A stretch of DNA of 63,692 nucleotides, counting the filler, from Myxococcota bacterium (lineage in GTDB: Bacteria; Myxococcota_C; UBA6777): the NCBI GenBank assembly GCA_023150835.1. It is 3 parts of 3 records of this genome, joined end to end, with 100 filler letters (N's around TTAATTAATTAA, not from the genome) between each part and the next. Parts side by side here need not be neighbours in the genome. Positions count along the whole stretch, not along the records: positions 51,171 to 63,692 come from JAKLKB010000163.1; 2 more parts are not named here. One strand, written 5' to 3'. Below the pieces are notes generated by a model. That model was not told where the DNA came from. It searched no databases and saw only the letters and a list, made by a program, of their open reading frames with translations. The stretch's first letter is position 1, and each line of letters opens with the position of its first letter. The translations under genes and the position numbers were made by a program. Of this stretch, positions 51,171 through 59,350 are shown piece by piece.

Positions 51171-51325
51171 AGCAGTCCTGTTCTTGGGCAGCCACAGGGG
51201 GCTGCCCCTACAGATAATGCGACCGAAGCGTCGGCACGATTTGCTGTAGCAGTCCTGTTCTTGGGCAGCCACAGGGGGCTGCCCCTACAGATGCCGATCA
51301 CGCCACGAACGGATTTTTTGTGAGG
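51171..51325. repeat. Two tandem family A REP hairpins at contig start
   Basis: AGCAGTCCTGTTCTTGGGCAGCCACAGGGGGCTGCCCCTACAGAT at 51171 and 51248. Confidence 0.88.
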
Positions 51326-51383
51326 TATCCATCCTCAACGGATCGCTCTTATCGCTCTGGTGAACAACACAAAAGGAATCGCC

Positions 51384-52040
51384 ATGCCACATCCACACTG
51401 TTCTGTCGCCCGATTCATCGGCATCCTTGGCGCTTTGAGCGTTGGCTTTGCCTTGGGTTGCCAAGCCCCCACAACCCACCCCATCCCGCCCTCGCGCCCT
51501 GCCACCGCCAAGCCCGCTGCATCGACCACACAGTCCGCTGCATCGACCACACAGTCCGCTGCATCGACCACACAGCCCGCTGCATCGACCACACAGCCCG
51601 CTGCATCGACCACACAGCCCGCTGCATCGACCACACAGTCCGCTGCATCGACCACACAGCCCGCTGCATCGACCACACAGCCCGCTGCATCGAAGCAAGC
51701 GCAGGTCGACGTCCCGATGCCTTCACCGGCCCCTGAGCGGCCTGCAAAATCGCCGAAACAACGATGCCAGCAAGTCGTGCAAAAATACACGCGGTGTATG
51801 CAAGCGGCTTATCAGCTTGCGCTTTCTCAGCAAAGCCGCCTCCCTCCGAACGAAGCCGCACGCAGCAAACCTCTGCTCGCTCAGCTTCGCGTCGCCTTAC
51901 ACGATCCAAAACGTGAAGCGCGCTTGCTCAGCGTGTGTTTTCGTACCCCCCCCAACGCAAAATGGTTGCGTTGCATCCTGCAATCCCCCTGCGATCAACT
52001 CAATCGCTGCCGAAAAACGCACATCCCCCAAAACTATTGA
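51384..52040 (+). CDS. Lipoprotein with a Ser/Thr-rich repeat stalk and small Cys-containing helical domain
   Basis: AAGGA RBS; lipobox ALGC; six Cys in the C-terminal domain. Confidence 0.8.
   Translation: MPHPHCSVARFIGILGALSVGFALGCQAPTTHPIPPSRPATAKPAASTTQSAASTTQSAASTTQPAASTTQPAASTTQPAASTTQSAASTTQPAASTTQPAASKQAQVDVPMPSPAPERPAKSPKQRCQQVVQKYTRCMQAAYQLALSQQSRLPPNEAARSKPLLAQLRVALHDPKREARLLSVCFRTPPNAKWLRCILQSPCDQLNRCRKTHIPQNY
51513..51692 (+). repeat. 21-bp in-frame tandem repeat, about 8.5 copies ([P/S]AASTTQ)
   Basis: Directly visible. Confidence 0.95.
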
Positions 52041-52082
52041 TCGAAGCGGACCCCACAAGCCAATCCTGCGAGCGTCAGGCGA

Positions 52083-52739
52083 CTATTCGAGTTCGACACG
52101 CATAAGCTGTTGCCCGACAAAGAACGAGTCGCCGTGTTTAAGGCGATAGGGGGAATTGAGACGATAATAGGTGCCGTTTTTGCTGCCGACGTCTTGGAGA
52201 AAATAGCGGGTGCCTTCTTTGTAGACACGAGCGTGGCGTCCTGAGATGTGGCGATCAAAAGGGAAGGAGAGGTCGCATTGCTCGCGTCCAAGCGAAACGC
52301 TTGGGTTGGTGGCGTGAAAGATCGAGCCTTGACGCTGGCCTCGAAAGAAATGGGTCAGGCGAAACTGGATCGCTTCGCTTGGTGCGCAGCCGTAAAACTG
52401 TGTGCCGTCTTTCATTGCGTCGGGGGGTAAGGTGAGCGCGTCGTATTCTGTGCGTTGATCGAAGCGCATCAATTGCTCGCCTGAGAGAAAGTAGTCCCCA
52501 TCACGAAGTTCTACAGGTTCCACAAGGCGCAGAAATACCCCGTTGGTGCTGCCTTCATCGCGAAGGTGCAGATGCCCCCCGTCGTAGTAAAGATTCGCAT
52601 GTTTTGGGGAAAGATAACGATCATCAGGAAACACGATGGTCCCGTACATCCGACCGATCAGGTGCTCTTGGGCATGAAGCTGATAAGATACCCAGTCAAA
52701 GCCTTCGCCTTTGATCAAGATAAGCCGCGCTTTCCGCAT
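52083..52739 (-). CDS. Tandem FHA-domain protein
   Basis: Two FHA signatures: IGR..LSPKHA..DEGSTNG and LGR..ISGRHA..DVGSKNG. Confidence 0.92.
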   Translation of the reverse strand: MRKARLILIKGEGFDWVSYQLHAQEHLIGRMYGTIVFPDDRYLSPKHANLYYDGGHLHLRDEGSTNGVFLRLVEPVELRDGDYFLSGEQLMRFDQRTEYDALTLPPDAMKDGTQFYGCAPSEAIQFRLTHFFRGQRQGSIFHATNPSVSLGREQCDLSFPFDRHISGRHARVYKEGTRYFLQDVGSKNGTYYRLNSPYRLKHGDSFFVGQQLMRVELE

Positions 52740-53248
52740 GAATTTTCCTTTTTATCCAATGTTCGCGCAGGACCTGTCCGAACGTTGAACGCTGCCAAGA
52801 GACGCCGATCAAGTCCGAAAGGTCGAGCTTCATGTCTCTATGAAGGGCTGCACAAGCGACTGCACCCCATCGGCGCTCCAGAGGAGGCGGGCTTTTTGGG
52901 GAGACAGCACACAACACGCACGACCAAAAAAGAACCGTTGCTTGGTATACACGATCTGCCCTCGACCGCGCAAGCAACAACAACCTTTCTACGTCGTCTC
53001 GCACTCTGCCTTTCTGCTCGGGTTCGAAGATTCTCGCCCACCGGAAGAGGGTGGATTCGATCAAGCCGTTGTCGGCTTTTTGTTGCCGAGACGAGGGGCA
53101 TCCTTTGGTTTGACAGGGTTGATCTTTGGTGCTACTATCCGCGCCTTGTTAGGCGGCATTCTCAAAACAAGAACAAAGCCCCAAACCGTTCGATCCATAA
53201 CGAAGGTCCATAACCCTCCGCCCGCTGCACACGATGGGGAATTCTGAT

Positions 53249-54712
53249 ATGAGTGGTTACTCTCTGCGTTTTATCTCAGGAAAATACCAAGGCAACGAAT
53301 ACCCTCTCAAAAAAGGCGAAGAGGTGGTGATCGGGCGCGGTACGGATATCGCGATCACGCTCGTCGAAGATATGATCTCGCGGCGTCATGCGCGTATCGT
53401 GGTGGAGGACGACTACATCATCCTCGAAGATCTCGGCTCCACCAACGGCAGCTTTGTCAACGGAGAGCGCGTACGCAAAGTCCGCATCAAAGAAGGCGAC
53501 CGCATCTTGCTTGGAACCTCGATCATCAAGCTGGTTTCGGCAGAAGGCGATAACTTCCCAGACACCCCAAGCTCCGCAAGCCAAGCAGGACTCCCCGCTG
53601 CCAAGGCCCCCGGTCTTCCTGCCCCCGGTCTTCCTGCCCCCGGTCTTCCTGCCCCCGGTCTTCCTGCCCCCGGTCTTCCCTCTCGCGCAGCCCCGCCTCC
53701 ATTGTCGATCGGCGGAGGGCAAACCCGAGGCCCCGCAAGTGCCGCAACAATGGCGGCTCCAGCCTTCAACGCAGGCGGGCCAAGCGCCTCCACCATGGCG
53801 GCTCCAGCCTTCAATTTGGGCGGACCCAACGCTGCTCCCCCCGCAGGATTTGGCGGTCCCAAACCCACGCTCGCAGCACGGGCCTTTGGTTCGCCTTCTT
53901 CCGATGCGATGGCAGCCCCTCCAGCCGGAACCTCCGCAGGTCTCAACGCGCTCAGCCCTGCAGTAGCACGTCAACCCCTCGGAGTTCCGAGCGCACCGCC
54001 TTCGCTGTCCTTTGATGCCCCTTCTGCTTCGTTTGGCGCACCCAAACCCGCCTTCACGCCCCCCGCCAAACCTGCGGCTCCCCCCGCGATCGGCTCTCCA
54101 GCCGCAGCCCCCGCTCCTGCATTTTTGACCGAAATAGCGGGGTTTCCGCCACTCCCCCCACCAACAGGTCCCGCGATTATGGAAGGCGATCTGCGCGAGA
54201 TGTCGATGGCGGATCTGTTTGATATCTTTGTCAACAGCCGACGCAACGGCGTGTTGTTGGTACGTGGCGATCTTCATGGAAACCTTCATTTTCGCGATGG
54301 CCGCATCGTCTTTGCTGCGCTATCGAGTCCTGTTGCTGTTCCCCCTCAAAAAGCCGCACTGCGCATCGTCGGCTGGAGCCAAGGAACTTACGCTCTCCAT
54401 CCCCCCGACGATCAATCGATCACCGAATGGATCAACGAAGATCCCCTCGAACTTCTCCAACGCGCCAAACGCCAACAAGACGAACTCAAACGCTACAAAG
54501 CCGATCTTCCCCCCAACTTCAAGCGCGTGCGCGTACACCTCCCACTCAAAGCCTATCTTCGGGACTTGCGCCCCGAACAACTCGATACCTTCCAACTCGT
54601 CCTTAGCTACGGCAACACAGAAGCTATAGTGCTCGCTTCCGAACACAGCGAACCCGAAACATACCAACACCTCGTCCACCTGTTCCGCCAACAATACATT
54701 CAAGCCGCCTAA
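53249..54712 (+). CDS. FHA domain + Pro/Ala linker + DUF4388-like domain protein
   Basis: IGR..ISRRHA..DLGSTNGSFVN; C-terminal MEGDL.EMS.ADL..RRNGVL..G.L.FRDGRI. Confidence 0.9.
   Translation: MSGYSLRFISGKYQGNEYPLKKGEEVVIGRGTDIAITLVEDMISRRHARIVVEDDYIILEDLGSTNGSFVNGERVRKVRIKEGDRILLGTSIIKLVSAEGDNFPDTPSSASQAGLPAAKAPGLPAPGLPAPGLPAPGLPAPGLPSRAAPPPLSIGGGQTRGPASAATMAAPAFNAGGPSASTMAAPAFNLGGPNAAPPAGFGGPKPTLAARAFGSPSSDAMAAPPAGTSAGLNALSPAVARQPLGVPSAPPSLSFDAPSASFGAPKPAFTPPAKPAAPPAIGSPAAAPAPAFLTEIAGFPPLPPPTGPAIMEGDLREMSMADLFDIFVNSRRNGVLLVRGDLHGNLHFRDGRIVFAALSSPVAVPPQKAALRIVGWSQGTYALHPPDDQSITEWINEDPLELLQRAKRQQDELKRYKADLPPNFKRVRVHLPLKAYLRDLRPEQLDTFQLVLSYGNTEAIVLASEHSEPETYQHLVHLFRQQYIQAA
53606..53680 (+). 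repeat. 15-bp in-frame tandem repeat, 5 copies (APGLP)
   Basis: Directly visible. Confidence 0.95.
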
Positions 54713-54797
54713 GCCACGCAACCATTCCCCCAACCCCAAGCACCCCCCAGCACTTCAGGTAGCCTGAACACACGCTTCATCGATCGGAGGGAGCACC

Positions 54798-55046
54798 TTG
54801 ATCCGCTTCCATTGGAACCTCACGCTGCTGCAATTCGCTTCTCCCAAATTGGCCGAAGAGATCGACGCACAATGCCCCATCGTACCGCTCTCTCAGCGCA
54901 CTTTCCACCCCACAAGCCATCTGATCGATGATCAACACGCAGAATCTTTGGCACAAACCCTTGTCGAACGAGGCTACAGCCCACGCGTGGAAAGCGCCTC
55001 GCCTTCGGCTTCCACCCCCCGCACCTCCCTCAAACCCCAAACCTAA
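54798..55046 (+). CDS. Small hypothetical protein
   Basis: Strong GGAGG RBS before TTG; stop lies 10 bp before the next ATG; LxxxGYxP motif. Confidence 0.55.
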   Translation: MIRFHWNLTLLQFASPKLAEEIDAQCPIVPLSQRTFHPTSHLIDDQHAESLAQTLVERGYSPRVESASPSASTPRTSLKPQT

Positions 55047-55056
55047 CCGAGACCCG

Positions 55057-57102
55057 ATGCTCACCCCTTCTCCCTTACAGATCGACCTGCTGCGCTGGCT
55101 TCACCTGATCCGACAACGCCACCCCAAACTCCTCAAAAGCGGATTCCCCGGGCGGCGCGACTTTGCCCCGCTACAAAAACTTCTCTATTCCTCCCAACAC
55201 ATCGAAGAAGCACGCCTACTCGACGACCACCCTTACTTGCTCTTTCTTTACGAGATCGCTTACCAACTCGATCTCTTCCAAGAGATCGACGGCCACCTCT
55301 ACGTCCACCCCACCCACGCCCACACCTTCTTTTCAAGCCCCCTTGAAGCCCAACAAGAACACATCCTCCAAGCCTACCTCCGCCTTGTTCTCTGGAACGA
55401 GATGCGCTTTGTGGAGACCGTCACCGTCCAACGCGATGACGCAGCCCCCCACCCCTTCCCCGCACAAGTCCAGATCCAAGCCCGCCGCCTCTTGCTTGAA
55501 AAACTGCTTGGATGGCTCGAATTCCCTCTCCAACTCCACGATATCTTCCAACTTGTACGCGAAGAAGAACCCGATCTGCTCCAACTCTCCGCCCGTTTTG
55601 CCTCACAGCCCTACGCCTCCCTTTGGATCGCCGAACCTCCAAACAAACAACGCCCCGCACTCCACCCCCGCGATTGGACCTCCATCGAAGGGGCTTTTGT
55701 TCAACAGGTGCTTTCCGCCCTTGGATGGCTCGGTTTGCTCAAGCCTCGCCGCTTTGAACACGAGCCTTTCCGACGGCAAGGTCTCTCTTCTTCTTCGCCC
55801 TCTTCTTCCACCCTTTCCTCTTCCTCAACGCTGCCCTCTATCAACACAACTCCCGAACAGTCCGCACACTCCGCACACTCCGCACACATCGCACACTCCG
55901 CACACTCCGCACACTCCGCACACATCGCACACTCCGCACACTCCGTACACTCCGCACACTCCGCAAACATCGCACACTCCGCAAACATCGCACACTCCGC
56001 AAACATCGCACACTCCGCACAGTCCGCACAGTCCGCACACTCGGATGTTTCTTTTCATACGCCGACGTTGCTTGTGCAGCCCAATCTCGATATCATCGTG
56101 TTTCCTTCGCCGTCTGCGACAAGGGTACTCTACCAACTCGAACACTTTTGCCAGCCAACAGGAGGCGAACAAGTCCTGCAATACCGCCTCGAAAAAAAAA
56201 CCTTCTTCCAAGCGTTGCGCAACGGGTATCCGTACAGCCAGATCCTCCGCCTACTGGAAGAAGAAAGCCGTATCCCGCTCCACTCGACCTTACGCCAACA
56301 GCTCGATAGCTGGTATCAACAAAGCAGCCAGATCGTGATCTCCCGCCAAGGCGTTGTGATCGAAACATCCGATGCTGACGAGATGAACGCGCTTATTGAG
56401 GAATTCTCCGAGATCCCGCACTACATCCTTGACCCCCGCCATCTCTTTGTTCCCGCCCACGCCCTGCCGCTGCTCAAGCAACTCGGTGCCTACCACCAAG
56501 CCCAACACCTCCACTACGATCAGCCGCCCGTCCGCTCGCTGCACATCGACAAAGAACTCCATATCCGACTCGATCCCCAACAAGCCGACCTGTTCGCCGA
56601 AACCTTCCTCAAAAAATACGCGACGCCACTCCTCGAACAACGGAAAGATCAGCTATTTCACATCACCCAAGACTCGCTCTTACAAGCCCAACAGCAAGGC
56701 TTTTCAACCCAAGATCTCCTGCGCTTCCTCGAACAACGCGCACAGATATTCCCTTCCACCGCACGCCTCCGACTCGAAGCCCTCACCCAACAGATCGGCC
56801 CCGTCTACGCCGGCCAAGTCCCCGTCTTGTTCGCCCAAGACGAACGCACGATGGATCGGCTTCTTTACGAAGGCGGACTCGGCGCTTATGCCCTACGCAT
56901 CGGGCCTCAAGCGGCCCTGCTCGACCCAAGCCACCAAGACAAGATCAACCAGATCCTTGACAACCTCGGGATCACCTTCGCTCCGCAAGTCCCCACCGCT
57001 TGGCCCCCACGCTTGTCTTCGCTCCTTCTCCCCGCCCAAACCACCCCAACCACCGCCGCCACAAAGCCCCCTCCCAAACCAAAGCAACCGCGAACACCGT
57101 GA
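55057..57102 (+). CDS. XPB/Ssl2 helicase-associated (Helicase_C_3-like) domain protein without helicase motifs
   Basis: LLVQPNLDII..LEHF..YRLEKKTFFQALRNG..LL...SRIPL...LDSW, plus a second similar unit (FHITQDSLLQAQQQG). Confidence 0.8.
   Translation: MLTPSPLQIDLLRWLHLIRQRHPKLLKSGFPGRRDFAPLQKLLYSSQHIEEARLLDDHPYLLFLYEIAYQLDLFQEIDGHLYVHPTHAHTFFSSPLEAQQEHILQAYLRLVLWNEMRFVETVTVQRDDAAPHPFPAQVQIQARRLLLEKLLGWLEFPLQLHDIFQLVREEEPDLLQLSARFASQPYASLWIAEPPNKQRPALHPRDWTSIEGAFVQQVLSALGWLGLLKPRRFEHEPFRRQGLSSSSPSSSTLSSSSTLPSINTTPEQSAHSAHSAHIAHSAHSAHSAHIAHSAHSVHSAHSANIAHSANIAHSANIAHSAQSAQSAHSDVSFHTPTLLVQPNLDIIVFPSPSATRVLYQLEHFCQPTGGEQVLQYRLEKKTFFQALRNGYPYSQILRLLEEESRIPLHSTLRQQLDSWYQQSSQIVISRQGVVIETSDADEMNALIEEFSEIPHYILDPRHLFVPAHALPLLKQLGAYHQAQHLHYDQPPVRSLHIDKELHIRLDPQQADLFAETFLKKYATPLLEQRKDQLFHITQDSLLQAQQQGFSTQDLLRFLEQRAQIFPSTARLRLEALTQQIGPVYAGQVPVLFAQDERTMDRLLYEGGLGAYALRIGPQAALLDPSHQDKINQILDNLGITFAPQVPTAWPPRLSSLLLPAQTTPTTAATKPPPKPKQPRTP
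55861..56040 (+). repeat. 9-bp in-frame tandem repeat, 20 copies ([S/I]A[H/N/Q])
   Basis: TCCGCACAC units directly visible. Confidence 0.95.
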
Positions 57103-57143
57103 TTCTGTCTTGTTAACGAAGAAATCGACGAAAGAGGTTTTTG

Positions 57144-57758
57144 ATGAAATTATTCGGATTAACGGGCGGGATCGCCAGCGGGAAATCAACTGTAGCGCGG
57201 ATATTGCGAGAACATGGAGTGTGGGTGCTTGATTCGGATGCTGTGGCACGAGAGGCCGTTGTACCTCAAAGCGAAGGACTCAAGGCGATCTGCGAGGCTT
57301 TTGGTGAGGGGTTTCTTCTTTCAGACGGTACGCTCGATCGCAAAAAGCTCGGAGAGCTGATCTTTCGCGATCCACAAGCCCGCCAAACCCTCAACGCGAT
57401 CCTTCACCCCAAGATCGCTCAGATCTCCGCTCGGCATATCCAAGCCTACGCCGAAACAGGCGCTTGTTGCGCAGTCTACGAAGTTCCGTTGCTGTTTGAA
57501 AACCAGATGCAGCACGCCTTTCACGCCACCCTCCTTGTTGCAGTCCCCGAAGATATCCAACGACAACGCCTCTGCCAACGAGAAGCTCTCTCACCAGAAG
57601 CCGCACAAGCCCGCCTTGATGCGCAGATGCCGCTCTCTCAAAAACGCGCCCTCGCCGATTATGTGATCGAAAACGATCAAACGCTTGAATCCCTGCGACA
57701 ACAAACCCTCGCCTTGTGGAAGACCCTTTGCCCTGAAGATCCCCACCAAACGACTTGA
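57144..57758 (+). CDS. coaE: Dephospho-CoA kinase
   Basis: GLTGGIASGKSTV, LDRKKLG, ILHP, VPLLFE, AQMP..K...ADYVIEN. Confidence 0.97.
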   Translation: MKLFGLTGGIASGKSTVARILREHGVWVLDSDAVAREAVVPQSEGLKAICEAFGEGFLLSDGTLDRKKLGELIFRDPQARQTLNAILHPKIAQISARHIQAYAETGACCAVYEVPLLFENQMQHAFHATLLVAVPEDIQRQRLCQREALSPEAAQARLDAQMPLSQKRALADYVIENDQTLESLRQQTLALWKTLCPEDPHQTT

Positions 57759-57997
57759 TCACATCTGCGCGATCGGATCGTTCACCCCCCTTGACAAAAT
57801 TCATCTCTCTATATCTTCCTGATTTATCAAGTTATTTTTCAAATGTAAAAATTCTTGATTGACGTTCCTTGCTTGTCTTGCCTAATCTTGCATCTTGCGC
57901 TGTAAGACGAGGCTTCCCCATCCTCTCTCCACGCAACCAACGCAAACCACGCTCCCATGCCATCTCTCTCTACAAACCAAGCCGCTAGGATATCGGG

Positions 57998-58393
57998 ATG
58001 CCCAAGGATCAACGCATCGAGCCTCTCGCCACGATATCAGCCGATGCTGTCCGTTGGATGATCCGCGAACAGCCGACACATCGTGCCTCGTGCCGCCATG
58101 CGCCCCGACCTTGTCCCCATCTGCTCTGCCGCTTTCATACTTACTTCCAATCCGCTCCCACACAAGCCTCGGCCTCCACACAAACACCGGCCTCCGCCCC
58201 GCTCACAAACACCCTTGCTCTCGCCCAAAACAACAACGAATGTTGGGAAGCACCTTCTTGTCGCCTCGACGCACTCGAACAAGAAGCCCAACAAAAAGGC
58301 CAACCCATTGAACCCGATCATCCCGTCGACATCCACCCACACCTCACCGAAGCCGCCCTCCAGATCCTCGCTGCCCCCACCCAAGACAACTAA
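57998..58393 (+). CDS. Small Cys/His (putative Zn-binding) protein
   Basis: PTHRASCRHAPRPCPHLLCRFH...SCRLD motif; AGGA RBS. Confidence 0.65.
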   Translation: MPKDQRIEPLATISADAVRWMIREQPTHRASCRHAPRPCPHLLCRFHTYFQSAPTQASASTQTPASAPLTNTLALAQNNNECWEAPSCRLDALEQEAQQKGQPIEPDHPVDIHPHLTEAALQILAAPTQDN

Positions 58394-58505
58394 TACGAGA
58401 GCCGCAAGATGTGTGATCGAAGGATCGTGCGTAGATGCCCTACGGTTGGGCAGCCACAGGGGGCAGCCCCTACGTTTTACGATCACACAATGGGCGGATA
58501 TCGTA
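58394..58505. repeat. Family A REP/MITE-like element, both ends present
   Basis: TACGAGAGCCG ... GGGCAGCCACAGGGGGCAGCCCCTAC ... CGGATATCGTA. Confidence 0.85.
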
Positions 58506-58530
58506 TAACCCCTCCAACCGAGAGAAGCGA

Positions 58531-59217
58531 TCACAACACTCCCCCCAGTGCATCACACAGCATCACCGTCGCCTCCGAAGCATCAGCCCACTTCAACATC
58601 GAGTCGGCCATCTCTTCGGCATATCCGCGCAACTCATCATCCGAGCAAACTTCGATGCTGCTGTAGAGGCAAGCCAAAAGGCGTGTATCTTCGGGGACCA
58701 ACTTTGCAAACATCGAATCTTTGACGGGATTGGCGATGGGGCGAGCCTGTTCGCCTTGGCCTTGGCACAGGCATAACAAGCCCGAAACATCGAGACTTTG
58801 GCCCGAAGCGTTAAAGATGTAGGTTTCACCTTCGCGCCCCCAACGCAGCGACATACGATCACCGACCCGATCCAAGGCGATCATCGATATCGGAAGACCC
58901 GATTCGAGCGAGTGCAGGTTGTTGATATCTACAGCATTGAGGATCATCGGAAAGCCCGTCTGTTGGACGGTTCGCAACAAATACTCTTGGGCAGGTTTGC
59001 TGCGGCCAGCGGGTTTGAACCCACCTTGACGAAGAAGATCGCGGATGGCGTTGCGGCGCTCCTCGCCCCCCGGGAGTCCATCCGTCAGCACTTTTTTCGC
59101 AGCGATCTCACAGCGAGCACGCAATCCATCGGAGGCTTCGGCCAAACGCACACCTCGGGCCTCCACCCACGCCGTCCGTAATCCTTGGATCTTGTCTTCC
59201 ACAGGTATCCGCAACAC
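58531..59217 (-). CDS. Stand-alone B3/4 (PheRS-beta editing-like) domain protein
   Basis: RDLLRQGGFKPAGRSKPAQEYL, NAVDINNLHSLESGLPIS; start GTG 59217 or ATG 59265. Confidence 0.88.
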   Translation of the reverse strand: MLRIPVEDKIQGLRTAWVEARGVRLAEASDGLRARCEIAAKKVLTDGLPGGEERRNAIRDLLRQGGFKPAGRSKPAQEYLLRTVQQTGFPMILNAVDINNLHSLESGLPISMIALDRVGDRMSLRWGREGETYIFNASGQSLDVSGLLCLCQGQGEQARPIANPVKDSMFAKLVPEDTRLLACLYSSIEVCSDDELRGYAEEMADSMLKWADASEATVMLCDALGGVL

Positions 59218-59350
59218 TTCTTGTCCCTTTCTTCTTCGCGAGAGCGCCCGATGGCGCTTGGGCATCTTGACAACCTCGACGACCTTATCCACACCTGTCC
59301 CAAGGTCAAGCCTGCGCAACCCTGCGCCCCACAGACGGAGAGGATGGATC

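Noticed and set aside
51171-51292. 45-bp repeat, 32-bp spacer, repeat as a CRISPR remnant
   Set aside because: The repeat is the dispersed REP hairpin, and the spacer partly recurs as REP flank at about 21300.
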